A DNA stretch of 64,000 nt from Rikenellaceae bacterium (GCA_047174605.1 JBCQTX010000001.1:17423-81422), one strand, 5' to 3'; shown: positions 27,620-38,784, counted from the stretch's first letter. Notes: generated by a model not told the origin, from the sequence alone. Made by a program: numbers and translations.

Positions 27620-28780
27620 TTATAATTCGTCGCTGTAGACAGCCCCCGGAAGATCATGCAGATTGTATCGCGATGCCATCGACATTCCATAAGCACCAGC
27701 TGACTTAAGAGTCAACAAATCACCACGTTTAGTTGGGCGCAATGTCAAATTCTCCTGAAAAACATCTGTCGACTCACATGCTGTTCCAACAACCGTATAT
27801 TTCGTGCGCGACTCAGAATCCGACGAGATATTCTCGATATTGTGGTACGAACCGTACAACGCTGGGCGCATAAGCTCCGTCATACTTGCATCGACAATCA
27901 CCAATCTACGACCTGTAGCGGTTGTCTTGTTGAACAGCACCTTAGTGATCAACTCGCCACACTCTCCAACGATAGAGCGACCAAACTCGAAGTGAACCGA
28001 ACGGTGATCCCCCACACGAAGGTGGTTATTCACGATCGAGAACAACGATGCAAAGTTCGGAATAGGCTCATTCTCAGGGACATCATAGTTGATTCCAAGA
28101 CCTCCACCGACATCTACGAAACTAAATGAGAAGCCCAAAGCGACCAAATTATCAACGATCACATTCGCCTTGTTACACATATTCTCAAATACATGAAGCT
28201 CACGGATCTGAGAACCGATATGAATATGTATTCCATTGATACTCACATTTTTAAGTGTATGAATATGCTCTGCATTCTCCATCACCTCCTCATATGAGAT
28301 ACCAAATTTACTATCCGCCTGACCAGTGTCGATACAGTGGTTAGTCTTAGGGTCGATATCTGGATTAATACGAAGTGCAACATCAGTCACAACACCCTTA
28401 GCCTCAGACATTTGGTTGATGATCTCAAGCTCCTCGATCGACTCGCAATTAATCGCCATTATCTTCTGATCGATCGCATAATCTAGCTCGTGATCGCGTT
28501 TACCAACTCCGGCATAGACGATTCCCTTCGGATCGAAACCTGCCTCGATAGCTTTACGCAACTCATTTCCGCTGGCGCAATCGATTCCCAAGCCATACTC
28601 TTTGATTAGAGCTAGCACACGATCATCATAGTTCGCCTTGATGGCATAGTGAACATGGTAACCATACTTTTTTGACTCATATACCACACTCTCGAGTGTC
28701 TGGCGCAAAAGCCCCATATCATATAGATAAAATGGCGTGTGCAACCCCTGTAACTTATCTGCTACTTTTCTACTTAACAT
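27620..28780 (-). CDS. lysA: Diaminopimelate decarboxylase
   Basis: TPFYLYD, YAIKAN, SKFG, HIHIGSQ, DVGGG, CESTD and GAYG...YN. Confidence 0.94.
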   Translation of the reverse strand: MLSRKVADKLQGLHTPFYLYDMGLLRQTLESVVYESKKYGYHVHYAIKANYDDRVLALIKEYGLGIDCASGNELRKAIEAGFDPKGIVYAGVGKRDHELDYAIDQKIMAINCESIEELEIINQMSEAKGVVTDVALRINPDIDPKTNHCIDTGQADSKFGISYEEVMENAEHIHTLKNVSINGIHIHIGSQIRELHVFENMCNKANVIVDNLVALGFSFSFVDVGGGLGINYDVPENEPIPNFASLFSIVNNHLRVGDHRSVHFEFGRSIVGECGELITKVLFNKTTATGRRLVIVDASMTELMRPALYGSYHNIENISSDSESRTKYTVVGTACESTDVFQENLTLRPTKRGDLLTLKSAGAYGMSMASRYNLHDLPGAVYSDEL

Positions 28781-28927
28781 ATTAGTTTAGATTTTCATAC
28801 AAGCGTCAAAGATAATAAATTTTAGCGAGATTATGCAAATTACATCAAAAAAATAGTCAAATTGGCACTTGGAGTTGCGAATTCGCAATTATATCGCTAC
28901 TTTTGTTGGATAATCATCTGAAAAATA

Positions 28928-30256
28928 ATGAATAAGATCTTACAAATCATAGCCCTATCGGTAGCAGTCACACTCCTCTGCACAACCCTCTCAGCGCAAC
29001 GAATCATGCGCACTGAGTTTGTACCATACAATATGCGCGCCGATGCCAACGCTGGCCTACGTAGCGACTCTACTCAATATGCCCCATTCACCCCAACACG
29101 CATGGATGAGATGGGTGGCGCGGTGATCCTAACACAAGATTTCGACCTCCCATACGAATGGTCGGCTGGTCGAACATATATGCACATCGAGAATTTGGGG
29201 ATGGCGCACTCGCTTATTGTCAATGGCGAAGAGGTGGAATATGTCGATGATCCGCTCACTCCTGTGGAGTATAACATCTCGAAATATCTCCATCAAGGGG
29301 TGAATCAGATCTCAATAGCGGTGAGCGAACCGATCAATCCAGAGCTGCAAGAGGGGGTCACAAAGGATCAACGCCCACTTCGCGAGAAGTTGGAGGATTG
29401 CTACCTATATGCCCATCGTAGGCGTGATATCCACGACTATTCAGCACGTATATATCCCGACTCTACGGGGATGTTTGCGCGCCTCGAAATTGTGGCGATT
29501 GTCGAGAATGGATACAACTTCGAAGAGCCTTTAGAGGTTGGATTTGACATCTATGACCCTGCAGGTAAGCTCGTTGACTACTCCACTCGCGTGGTGACGA
29601 TCGAGGGAAAATCCCGCGATAGCGTAATCTTTAATTCATATGTCTATAACGCAGATGTGAATCGTTGGTCGATCAAAAATCCGGCGCTCTATACCGTGAC
29701 TCTGCTCACCAAAAGTAGCGGTGTGATTCGAAACTATCTGCCAATGAAGGTGGCATATATGGATCGCGAATATCGAGATGGAGAGCTATATAACTTTGGT
29801 GAAAAGGTCACGCTAAAGGCAACAAAGTACAATGCGACAGGCTCTAAGGAGCAGAGCCGCAAGGAGTTGGAGGTCATCAAGAAATCTGGTATCAACACAC
29901 TTCGCCCCGACTATCCCCAACCAATTTGGCTCTATGAGCTTGCCGACCAGATGGGGCTCTTCGTCGTGGAGCAGGCCAATATCAACGCACCTTATGCAGC
30001 TGAAAAACGTAGCGTGGGTGGCACACCATCCAATATGCCACAACTTTTGAACGACTATATCTCACGTGCTGAAAATAGCTACTACCGAGTTCAGAACCAC
30101 CCTTCGGTGATCGCATTTTCGATGGGCTCTAACTCTGGAAATGGATATAATATGTATAAGATGTATGAGTGGTACAAGGGGGTTGAGCCTCTCCGACCTA
30201 TCATATATGATGGGGTTGCTGGCGAGTGGAATAGTGATAGTTTGAAGATGGAATAG
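28928..30256 (+). CDS. Secreted GH2-like protein, truncated and apparently catalytically inactive
   Basis: Signal peptide, sugar-binding and Ig-like domains, WS...PALY and NHPSVIAFSMGSN. The protein ends about halfway through the TIM barrel. Confidence 0.7.
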   Translation: MNKILQIIALSVAVTLLCTTLSAQRIMRTEFVPYNMRADANAGLRSDSTQYAPFTPTRMDEMGGAVILTQDFDLPYEWSAGRTYMHIENLGMAHSLIVNGEEVEYVDDPLTPVEYNISKYLHQGVNQISIAVSEPINPELQEGVTKDQRPLREKLEDCYLYAHRRRDIHDYSARIYPDSTGMFARLEIVAIVENGYNFEEPLEVGFDIYDPAGKLVDYSTRVVTIEGKSRDSVIFNSYVYNADVNRWSIKNPALYTVTLLTKSSGVIRNYLPMKVAYMDREYRDGELYNFGEKVTLKATKYNATGSKEQSRKELEVIKKSGINTLRPDYPQPIWLYELADQMGLFVVEQANINAPYAAEKRSVGGTPSNMPQLLNDYISRAENSYYRVQNHPSVIAFSMGSNSGNGYNMYKMYEWYKGVEPLRPIIYDGVAGEWNSDSLKME

Positions 30257-30265
30257 TCGATTTTT

Positions 30266-30389
30266 CGCTCTCTGACGGATTTTTTATTGAAAATCCGTTT
30301 TTTATCAGAGAGAGCGAGTGTTACTTCACGAACTGCCCTCATGGCGGGCGGCCACCCACTAATGTGGGGATGAGAAACTTTGTTTCTCA
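30266..30389 (-). repeat. Modular palindromic intergenic repeat, family B, copy on the minus strand
   Basis: Reverse complement reads GAGAAACAAAGTTTCTC...CCGCCCGCCATGAGGGCAGTT...CACTCGCTCTCTCTGA...ACGGATTTT/AAAATCCGT...CAGAGAGCG. Confidence 0.82.
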
Positions 30390-30411
30390 CTTTATTTAAA
30401 CAAAATGACAG

Positions 30412-30885
30412 ATGAATATAGAGCTAATAGTCGTAGGAAAGACCGACTCACCAGATATCGAGCGAATAGTGGAGAGCTTCGCAAAACGAGTAGCACACTA
30501 CTGTCGTTTCTCGATCACGACACTCCCAGATTTGAGGAACACAAAGAGCCTAAGCCCAAAGCAACAGAAGATGGCCGAAGGCGAGATGATACTCAAGCAA
30601 CTCACTGACTCTGACTTTGTTACCCTACTCGATGAACGTGGATCACAATACCGCTCCATAGAGTTTGCACAGTGGCTACAGAAGCGGATGAATAGCGGTG
30701 TTAAGCGACTTGTATTTATTGTTGGAGGGCCATTTGGATTCTCGGAGGAGATCTATTCGAGGGCAAATTCGAAGATCTCACTCTCCGCCATGACCTTCTC
30801 GCACCAGATCATTCGAGCAATCTTCGCAGAGCAGATCTACAGAGCATTCACAATCTTACGAAACGAACCATATCACAATGAGTAG
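30412..30885 (+). CDS. rlmH: 23S rRNA pseudouridine-1915 N3-methyltransferase
   Basis: VVGK, LDERG, FIVGGPFG, MTFSHQ and EQIYRAFTI...PYH. Confidence 0.96.
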   Translation: MNIELIVVGKTDSPDIERIVESFAKRVAHYCRFSITTLPDLRNTKSLSPKQQKMAEGEMILKQLTDSDFVTLLDERGSQYRSIEFAQWLQKRMNSGVKRLVFIVGGPFGFSEEIYSRANSKISLSAMTFSHQIIRAIFAEQIYRAFTILRNEPYHNE

Positions 30886-31447
30886 CAACATACCTATCAT
30901 AGCAATTCTCTCTTCAAACGCATTGATGGGGATCGGAATGCGCTCGATTTTGGAGAAGATGTTCCCCTTTGCTGCATTCAAAATATGTAGCAACTTTAAT
31001 GAGATCGAACATAGCTCACCACAAGAGCTGTTTCACATCTTCGCCACCGCAAGCGAGGTGGTTGAACATAGCGAATTTTTCGAATTACGACGAAACAAAA
31101 CCATCGTCATGACAAGTGGAACGCCTCATGCACAGCTACTTAACGACTTCTATCAAGTCAATGTTCAAGGGTCACAAGAGCAGATCGAGGAGTCACTTCG
31201 CAATCTCCACAAACACGCTCATGGAGGAAATCACACACCGCCCCAAAAGGAGATACTATCCCCACGCGAGATAGAGGTACTAAAACTCCTTGTCGAGGGG
31301 TTACTCAACAAGGAGATAGCTGACAGACTTAATATCGGGCTCACAACAGTGATCTCTCACAGAAAAAATATACTCGACAAATTAGGGGTGAAGTCAGTCG
31401 CGGGACTTACGATATACGCCGTAATGAAGCGATATATCGACATTTAA
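30878..31447 (+). CDS. LuxR-family transcriptional regulator
   Basis: C-terminal helix-turn-helix LSPREIEVL...NKEIADRLNI...TVISHRKNI. Confidence 0.9.
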   Translation: MSSNIPIIAILSSNALMGIGMRSILEKMFPFAAFKICSNFNEIEHSSPQELFHIFATASEVVEHSEFFELRRNKTIVMTSGTPHAQLLNDFYQVNVQGSQEQIEESLRNLHKHAHGGNHTPPQKEILSPREIEVLKLLVEGLLNKEIADRLNIGLTTVISHRKNILDKLGVKSVAGLTIYAVMKRYIDI

Positions 31448-31449
31448 CG

Positions 31450-31566
31450 AGAGTGACAAGGCGATTTTCGGCACTTCCCTCGACTCTCAAATCCTCACGT
31501 ACTTAAAGTACGCTGCGGTTTGAGAGCCTTCACGAAGCCCCAAAACTCATCCTTGTAAGCCACTCT
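31450..31566 (+). repeat. RPE-1-like palindromic element, family A, copy 4
   Basis: Core AATCCTCACGTAC-ttaaa-GTACGCTGCGGTT. Shares GCACTTCCCTCG and CTTCACGAAGCCC with copy 1. Confidence 0.85.
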
Positions 31567-31588
31567 ATATTTTGGAAAGGCTGATTAA

Positions 31589-32836
31589 TTAACCTCTCAC
31601 CTGTCCATTTCCCGTGATCACATATTTGTATGTGGTCAACTCTGGCAATGCCATTGGTCCTCGCGCATGGAGCTTCTGAGTCGAGATTCCTATCTCTGCT
31701 CCAAAGCCAAATTGCGCTCCATCGGTGAATGCCGTAGAGACATTATGGTAGACACACGCAGCATCAACCACCTTAATAAAGTATTGAGCAGCAGCTAGAT
31801 CCTCGGTCACAATCGACTCGCTATGGTGCGACGTATTCTCAGTCACATGAGCCGCAGCCTCCTCTAAGCTGTCAACCGTTTTGATCGACATTTTATAATC
31901 CAGAAATTCCGTTCCATAGCTCTCCTCCGTAGCGTGCTCCAAAAGCTCCGATGGGTAGTTTCCATTCAACGCTTCGTAGCTCCTCTCATCGGCATATATC
32001 ACAACATTTTTTGCTGCCATATCTTCACAAATTGCGGCTATATCACCAAGTTTATCGCTATGTAAAATCATACAGTCCAGCGCGTTACATACGCTTACTC
32101 GACGAGTCTTTGCATTAGTCACGATCGCCTTTGCACGCTCCGTATCAGCGCACGCATCAACATAGGTATGGCAGATTCCCGCTCCAGTCTCAATCACCGG
32201 AATAGAGGCATTATGGCGAACATAATTGATCAGCGATGAACTGCCGCGTGGGATCAACAAATCTACATACCCTTCGGCATTCAACAGCTGTGCAGTTGCT
32301 TCACGATCAGCAGGCAGAAGTGTCACTGCATTGGGGTTAACTCCCTCCTTCTCAAGCACTTCACGGATGATCTCAGCAATCATACTATTCGAATTATGTG
32401 CATCGCTACCGCCCTTCAAAACACAGGCGTTACCGGTCTTGAAACACAATCCAAAGACATCGAAACTCACATTTGGGCGCGCCTCATAGATTACTCCAAT
32501 AACTCCAAATGGAACACGTACCTTCCTGATCTCCATGCCATTAGGTCGCACAGCATCGCTCATCGTCTCCCCCACTGGCGAGTTCAACTGAGCTACTGAA
32601 CGCATATCGCTCGCTATACCCTCAATGCGCTCTGCCGTCAACAACAGGCGATCGTAGAGTGGGTTTTCACGCTCCATCTTTGCCAAGTCCAAAGCGTTGG
32701 CACTCAATATTTTATCCGTATTAGCGATTGCCGCATCTGCCACCGCCAACAATATGGCATCGATACAACTCTGCTCCAAAAGCCCCAAGGTGCGCGATGC
32801 GACCAACGAAGCCTCGAAAATTGGTTTTAAATCCAT
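31589..32836 (-). CDS. proA: Gamma-glutamyl phosphate reductase
   Basis: [33 protein letters not shown] and [15 protein letters not shown]. Confidence 0.96.
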   Translation of the reverse strand: MDLKPIFEASLVASRTLGLLEQSCIDAILLAVADAAIANTDKILSANALDLAKMERENPLYDRLLLTAERIEGIASDMRSVAQLNSPVGETMSDAVRPNGMEIRKVRVPFGVIGVIYEARPNVSFDVFGLCFKTGNACVLKGGSDAHNSNSMIAEIIREVLEKEGVNPNAVTLLPADREATAQLLNAEGYVDLLIPRGSSSLINYVRHNASIPVIETGAGICHTYVDACADTERAKAIVTNAKTRRVSVCNALDCMILHSDKLGDIAAICEDMAAKNVVIYADERSYEALNGNYPSELLEHATEESYGTEFLDYKMSIKTVDSLEEAAAHVTENTSHHSESIVTEDLAAAQYFIKVVDAACVYHNVSTAFTDGAQFGFGAEIGISTQKLHARGPMALPELTTYKYVITGNGQVRG

Positions 32837-32844
32837 AAATCTAT

Positions 32845-33927
32845 CTACTCTAAATATAAATAATCATAGTGAATAATTGCCTTAAGTCCTTTAATGCCAA
32901 TAACTTCATGAGACTGATCACTATCCAATGCGACCTTACCCACTCCGATATGCTGCCCACTAGGAGCGACAATCCTCACAATATCATCCTTCTCAAAATG
33001 ACCCTCCACGCGACACACTCCGACCGGGAGCAGACTCGTCGCCTCATGTTGCATAAGCGCCTCATAAGCACCCTCATTGATATGGAGCTCACCCTTGGCA
33101 AAGCCATCGCTATGCGCCACCCACTTCTTCACATCCGAAATAGGTTTCGTGGAAGGCTCAAAACGTGTGCACAGCAGATCCTTCTGCCCCAAAATCAGAT
33201 CGCACAAGATATCATCCTTCTTGCCATTTGCGATGACAACCTCTATGCCGTTATCGGCAACTTTGCAGGCGATCCTGCACTTTGTCAACATTCCACCACG
33301 CCCAAATTGCGACTTCGTAGTTGAGATATATTGGCTCAAATCATCGACCGATCCATCCACCTTTCTAATCACCTCCGATGCCGGATCTTTCGGATCTCCC
33401 GTGAAGATTCCATCGATATTACTCAATATAAAGAGGGCATCGGCACGCATCATCGCCGCTACCAACCCCGACAACTCATCATTATCGGTGAACATCAACT
33501 CCGTCACCGAGATCGTATCATTCTCATTCAAAATAGGCACTACCCCATTCTCCAGCATCACGCTCATGCAGTTGCGTTGGTTGAGGTAATGACGACGAGT
33601 GGACAAGGACTCCTTAGTGGTAAGTACCTGACCACAAACGATATCATACTTACCAAAAAGATCGTAATAGATATTGATAAGCCTCGCTTGACCAACTGCC
33701 GAGAACAATTGTCGTGCTGCCACAGAGTCCAGTTTTTTTGTCTTTGGAGTGACATGGCTACGCCCCGATGCAACTGCCCCCGAAGAGACCATAATCACCT
33801 CAACACCAGCTCTATGCAGCCTCGCAACCTGATCCGTTAGCGCACCAATTCTCGCCACATCCAAAGTCCCTTCGGGTGTGGTGAGCACATTACTTCCTAT
33901 CTTTACAACGACTCTCTTGTATCTCAC
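32845..33927 (-). CDS. proB: Glutamate 5-kinase with PUA domain
   Basis: VVKIGS, VSSGAV, NEND, DNDELS and GGMLTK. Confidence 0.96.
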   Translation of the reverse strand: MRYKRVVVKIGSNVLTTPEGTLDVARIGALTDQVARLHRAGVEVIMVSSGAVASGRSHVTPKTKKLDSVAARQLFSAVGQARLINIYYDLFGKYDIVCGQVLTTKESLSTRRHYLNQRNCMSVMLENGVVPILNENDTISVTELMFTDNDELSGLVAAMMRADALFILSNIDGIFTGDPKDPASEVIRKVDGSVDDLSQYISTTKSQFGRGGMLTKCRIACKVADNGIEVVIANGKKDDILCDLILGQKDLLCTRFEPSTKPISDVKKWVAHSDGFAKGELHINEGAYEALMQHEATSLLPVGVCRVEGHFEKDDIVRIVAPSGQHIGVGKVALDSDQSHEVIGIKGLKAIIHYDYLYLE

Positions 33928-33931
33928 AACT

Positions 33932-34723
33932 CTATCTACTCTTTATTACACCTGCCTTTACCGCCTCCGTGAAACCAGCCTCAGCCATTGCATCGAGACC
34001 CTTCAATGTGATACCACCTTTGGTTGTCACCTTGTCGATCTCCGGTTGTGGCATTGTGCCATTTGTCTCCAACATCATCAGCGCTCCACGAACGGTCTGC
34101 AAGACGATATCGCGAGCCAACGACTCCTCAATACCTACCTCGACACCACCCTCAATCGATGCATCGATATATTTATATGCAAAGGCGATTCCACACGAAG
34201 AGAGCGAGGTAAGTGGCGTCATCTGCGACTCCTCAACAAGGAAGCTCTTTCCCACTGCGTCGAAGATTTTAAGTAGCTCCGTATCTTGAGCCTCTGTCGT
34301 GTTATGACGACATATAAAGCTGACACTCTGCGAGATAGCAATTGCTGTATTTGGGATAATGCGATACATTCCCATCTCGCCTAGCTCTGCAGTGTTGAGC
34401 ATTTGAGATAGCTGCACAAATGTGATTCCTGCGGCTATTGAGACCAAAGTTTGTTTTTTACGATCCAATGCAGGTGCGATCTCACCCAAGATCTGCTCCA
34501 TCATCCAAGGCTTCACCGCAACAACCACGATATCTGCACCTTCAACGCTCTTTGCGTTGTCATCCTCGATCTTCACTTGATCCAAGAACCCCTCAAATAG
34601 AGGGTGACACTTAGGTTCTAGGTGTGAGATTACAACATCCTCCGCCTTTACTACACCTGCTCTGATGGCTCCTGCGGCTACTGCACCGCCCATGTTACCA
34701 CCACCTATTACTGTGATTTTCAT
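33932..34723 (-). CDS. proC: Pyrroline-5-carboxylate reductase
   Basis: IGGGNMG, AVKP, SIAAG, PNT and VTTKGGIT. Confidence 0.95.
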   Translation of the reverse strand: MKITVIGGGNMGGAVAAGAIRAGVVKAEDVVISHLEPKCHPLFEGFLDQVKIEDDNAKSVEGADIVVVAVKPWMMEQILGEIAPALDRKKQTLVSIAAGITFVQLSQMLNTAELGEMGMYRIIPNTAIAISQSVSFICRHNTTEAQDTELLKIFDAVGKSFLVEESQMTPLTSLSSCGIAFAYKYIDASIEGGVEVGIEESLARDIVLQTVRGALMMLETNGTMPQPEIDKVTTKGGITLKGLDAMAEAGFTEAVKAGVIKSR

Positions 34724-34766
34724 TGTATTATGTTATTTTAATTTAATTTACATTTTTATATTTTAT

Positions 34767-34844
34767 GGAGAAACTTTGTTTCTCCCAGCTCTGCGGCGAG
34801 CGGGGATTGCACCCCCGCTGGTGCAGTGAAAAACTTTGTTTTTC
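34767..34844 (+). repeat. Family B repeat, variant copy
   Basis: GGAGAAAC-TTT-GTTTCTCC, then AGCTCTGCGGCGAGC, a GCGGGG/CCCCGC hairpin and GAAAAAC-TTT-GTTTTTC. Confidence 0.72.
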
Positions 34845-35626
34845 TATCTATTCTTCTCCACCCAGTTCGTAAGCTCCACAAAATCCGCAACCGATAACTT
34901 CTCAGCTCGATTAGTGAAAAACTCATGCTCCGCACCGCCAAAATCCCCAAATACAGACTTCAACGCGTTACGGATCATCTTTCTACGCTGCCCAAAGGCC
35001 GCCTTCACAACCTTCACAAATAGCTTCTCATCACACGCCAAAGCTGTAGTTTTATTGCGAGTCATGCGGATCACCGCACTCTTAACCTTCGGCGGTGGAT
35101 TAAAGACCGACTCATTCACCGTGAAGAGATACTCAATATCATACCACGCCTGCAACAACACGCTTAGTATTCCATAGCTCTTCGACCCCGGAGGCTCAGC
35201 CATACGTACCGCAACCTCCTTCTGAATCATACCCACACACTCAGGTATAAGGTCGCGATTCTCCACAACCTTAAAGAATATTTGAGATGATATATTATAT
35301 GGATAATTTCCTATGACACTCAGCCCATTAGGGAACTTCTCCCGAAGATCCATCTTCAAGAAATCCCCACTAATAAACCTCGGAGTGAACTCCGGATAGT
35401 GTTCATTGAGATACTCGACACTCTCCGTATCGATCTCAGCCCCCCACGTAACAAGATCGGTGCGTTTCAAAAGGAACTGAGTCAAAACACCCATTCCACA
35501 ACCCACCTCCAACGCCGTAACTGGCTCTTTCTCGCTGCCACCCGTCAATGAGTCGCAGATCTTATTCGCTATATTTAGGTCAGTCAGAAAGTGCTGACCC
35601 AACGATTTTTTTGCCCTTACGGTCAT
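34844..35626 (-). CDS. rsmA: 16S rRNA dimethyladenosine transferase
   Basis: KKSLGQHFL, EVGCGMG, NYPYNIS, PPPKVKS and FGQRRK. Confidence 0.96.
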   Translation of the reverse strand: MTVRAKKSLGQHFLTDLNIANKICDSLTGGSEKEPVTALEVGCGMGVLTQFLLKRTDLVTWGAEIDTESVEYLNEHYPEFTPRFISGDFLKMDLREKFPNGLSVIGNYPYNISSQIFFKVVENRDLIPECVGMIQKEVAVRMAEPPGSKSYGILSVLLQAWYDIEYLFTVNESVFNPPPKVKSAVIRMTRNKTTALACDEKLFVKVVKAAFGQRRKMIRNALKSVFGDFGGAEHEFFTNRAEKLSVADFVELTNWVEKNR

Positions 35627-35640
35627 ACCTATTTATTATA

Positions 35641-37836
35641 TTAATTTCCCTCATCACACAAGAACTTCACTCGAATGAGACGTATCTCCTCCTCCGAATA
35701 CTCCCCTCCCAACTCATCTATAGCAGCATCCAACGAATCTGTCTCTGCATCCTCCTTGAAATATAGATATATATCCTCGACCTTCTCCTCGTCCATATAC
35801 TTATTGACATAGTAAGAGATATCGAGTTTAGTTCCAGAGTTCACAATTGCCTCAATCTCGGTAAGCAACTCATTAAAATCCAGATTCTTAGCTCGTGCAA
35901 TATCTTCGAAATCCATCTTTCTATCGATCGACTGGATAATAAATATCTTATTTCCCGAACGATTTGCAACCGCCTTGACAACCATATCCTGCGCTCGCAC
36001 AATATCCTTCTCCTCGACATACGCCTTGATCACCTTCAAGAATTCAGCTCCGAATTTACGCGCCTTACCAGCACCCACACCCGTGATATTCTGCAGCTCC
36101 TCCATCGTGATAGGGTACTGCACCGCCATATCCTCCAACGAAGGATCTTGGAAGATGACAAACGATGGGAGATTCTCCCTCTTCGCAACCTTCTTGCAGA
36201 GCGATTTCAACATCTTGAATAGCTCCTCATCAGCCACTGCTGCACCCTTAGGTGCTGCCGCCTCTGTCTCGCTATCTCGATCCATCTTCTCATAATCGTG
36301 ATCCATCGCGATACGAATCGAAGTTGGCTTTTTGATATATATCTCGCCCTCCTTATTTATATTTATAAGGCCGTAATTCTCAATATTTTTATCTATAAAG
36401 CCCAAGATCAACGCCTGACGCATCACAGCACCCCAGAACTTAGCACTCTGCTCCGCTCCCGATCCGAACGCCTCGATCTCATTATGGCCATAACTCTTAA
36501 TGAGCACCGTATTCTTTCCCATCAAGATATTGATCAAGTAATCCACCTTGAATTTATCCCCCAACATCTTCAACACCTCCAATGCGTGTTTCATCTCCTT
36601 GCTAACCTCAACCCTCTGAGGCGGATTCAAACAGTTGTCACACGATCCACAATTTTCCTGCGTAAAGGTCTCGCCAAAGTAGTGCAACAGCGTGGTTCGT
36701 CTACACATCGAGCTCTCAGCATATGATACCGTCTCCAACAGCAGCAATCGTCCGATCTCCTGCTCAGCGATCGGCTTTCCCTGCATAAACTTCTCCAACT
36801 TCTGGATATCCTTATAGCTATAGAATGTCAAACAGTGACCCTCGCCACCATCGCGACCAGCACGTCCCGTCTCTTGATAATATCCCTCCAACGATTTGGG
36901 GATATCATAGTGAATCACATAGCGCACATCTGGCTTATCGATTCCCATACCAAAGGCGATCGTCGCAACAATCACATCGACACGCTCCATAATGAAGGCA
37001 TCTTGGTTGTCGGCACGAGTCTGAGCATCCATACCAGCGTGATATGCACGAGCTCTAATTCCATTAGCGATTAGTAACTGCGTCAACTCCTCCACCTTTT
37101 TACGGCTTAGGCAATATATAATACCACACTTGCCATCCCTCTGTTTGATGAAGCGGATGATCTCGTGATCGACATTGTGTTTTGGTCGAATATCATAGTA
37201 TAAATTCGGGCGATTGAACGACGATTTGAACACCGACGTATCGCTCATTCCCAGATTCTTCTGAATATCCATCTGCACCTTTGGCGTAGCTGTCGCGGTG
37301 AGTGCGATGAGTGGCGCATGGCCAATATCATTAATAATAGGTCGAATTCTACGATACTCCGGGCGGAAGTCATGACCCCACTCCGAGATACAGTGCGCCT
37401 CATCGATGGCATAGAACGATATCTTGATCTTTCGCAAAAATGCGATATTATCCTCCTTAGTCAAGGACTCAGGGGCAAAGTAGAGAAGTTTGGTCTTGCC
37501 AGCCAAGACATCGGAACGCACCTGCTGCACAGCACTCTTGTTGAGCGACGAATTGAGAAAGTGAGCCACGCCAGACTCCTCGGAGAAGGTACGCATAGCA
37601 TCAACCTGATTCTTCATAAGCGCAATCAAAGGTGAGATGACAATGGCCACCCCATCCATCATTAGTGCTGGAAGTTGATAACATAGGGACTTTCCCCCTC
37701 CGGTAGGCATTAACACAAAAGTATCGTTACCCTCCAAAACATTCCGAATCACCGCCTCTTGGTTTCCTTTAAAGGTGGAGAAGCCGAAATGCTCCTTTAA
37801 TTTCTGCTGTAATATGACACTATCGCTCTGATTCAT
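35641..37836 (-). CDS. recQ: ATP-dependent DNA helicase RecQ
   Basis: MPTGGGKSLCYQLP, DEAHCISEWGHDFRP, QETGRAGRDG, Zn-binding RQC domain and HRDC domain. Confidence 0.96.
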   Translation of the reverse strand: MNQSDSVILQQKLKEHFGFSTFKGNQEAVIRNVLEGNDTFVLMPTGGGKSLCYQLPALMMDGVAIVISPLIALMKNQVDAMRTFSEESGVAHFLNSSLNKSAVQQVRSDVLAGKTKLLYFAPESLTKEDNIAFLRKIKISFYAIDEAHCISEWGHDFRPEYRRIRPIINDIGHAPLIALTATATPKVQMDIQKNLGMSDTSVFKSSFNRPNLYYDIRPKHNVDHEIIRFIKQRDGKCGIIYCLSRKKVEELTQLLIANGIRARAYHAGMDAQTRADNQDAFIMERVDVIVATIAFGMGIDKPDVRYVIHYDIPKSLEGYYQETGRAGRDGGEGHCLTFYSYKDIQKLEKFMQGKPIAEQEIGRLLLLETVSYAESSMCRRTTLLHYFGETFTQENCGSCDNCLNPPQRVEVSKEMKHALEVLKMLGDKFKVDYLINILMGKNTVLIKSYGHNEIEAFGSGAEQSAKFWGAVMRQALILGFIDKNIENYGLININKEGEIYIKKPTSIRIAMDHDYEKMDRDSETEAAAPKGAAVADEELFKMLKSLCKKVAKRENLPSFVIFQDPSLEDMAVQYPITMEELQNITGVGAGKARKFGAEFLKVIKAYVEEKDIVRAQDMVVKAVANRSGNKIFIIQSIDRKMDFEDIARAKNLDFNELLTEIEAIVNSGTKLDISYYVNKYMDEEKVEDIYLYFKEDAETDSLDAAIDELGGEYSEEEIRLIRVKFLCDEGN

Positions 37837-37925
37837 CTCTATTTGGGTCGCTTTTTTGAATTCTATTAGTAAAGATAGGGATTTTTTCTTAAAAAATCAT
37901 AACTTTGTGAAAAAATTTCACTATT

Positions 37926-38762
37926 ATGCGATTATATACGAGTGAGCTCGTTAAGAGATACAAGTCACGAACCGTTGTGGACCACGTAACGATCGATGTC
38001 AAGCAGGGAGAAATTGTCGGACTCTTGGGGCCAAATGGTGCCGGAAAGACAACTTCGTTCTATATGATAGTAGGACTTATCAAACCTAACGAGGGGGATA
38101 TATACCTCGAGGATGATAATGGCAAGGTGACGGAGCTTACCAAACTCCCGGTCTATAAACGCGCCCAATTGGGTGTCGGATATTTGGCTCAGGAGGCTTC
38201 GGTATTTCGCCAACTTAGTGTAGAGGATAATATTCGTGCTGTGTTGGAGATGACCAACTTTACCAAAGAGTTCCAGAAGGAGCGTTTGGAGTCGCTGATC
38301 GAGGAGTTTAGGCTACAGAAGGTTCGCAAGAGCTTGGGTATTCAACTCTCGGGAGGAGAGCGTAGACGTACGGAGATAGCGCGTGCTGTGGCGATCAATC
38401 CATCGTTTATTCTGCTCGACGAACCATTTGCAGGAGTAGACCCGATTGCGGTGGAGGATATCCAGAGTATCGTCGCGACACTCAAGAGCAAGAACATCGG
38501 GGTGATAATCACCGACCACAATGTCGATGAAACCCTTGCGATCACCGACCGCACATACCTACTCTTCGAGGGCAAGATCCTAAAGACTGGTACAGCGGAG
38601 GATTTGGCGGCAGACGAGATGGTGCGTAGAGTCTACCTAGGAAAGAACTTCGAGCTGCGCCGCTCACCACAATTTGACAAGGCCAAAGCTGAGGCTGAGG
38701 CGATTAGAAAGGCAAATATAGAGAACACAAACAATAACGAGATCCCAACTGAGGATCAGTAA
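37926..38762 (+). CDS. lptB: LPS export ABC ATPase
   Basis: [38 protein letters not shown] and TDHNV. Confidence 0.94.
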   Translation: MRLYTSELVKRYKSRTVVDHVTIDVKQGEIVGLLGPNGAGKTTSFYMIVGLIKPNEGDIYLEDDNGKVTELTKLPVYKRAQLGVGYLAQEASVFRQLSVEDNIRAVLEMTNFTKEFQKERLESLIEEFRLQKVRKSLGIQLSGGERRRTEIARAVAINPSFILLDEPFAGVDPIAVEDIQSIVATLKSKNIGVIITDHNVDETLAITDRTYLLFEGKILKTGTAEDLAADEMVRRVYLGKNFELRRSPQFDKAKAEAEAIRKANIENTNNNEIPTEDQ

Positions 38763-38784
38763 AATTAGATTTAGAACAACAGAA

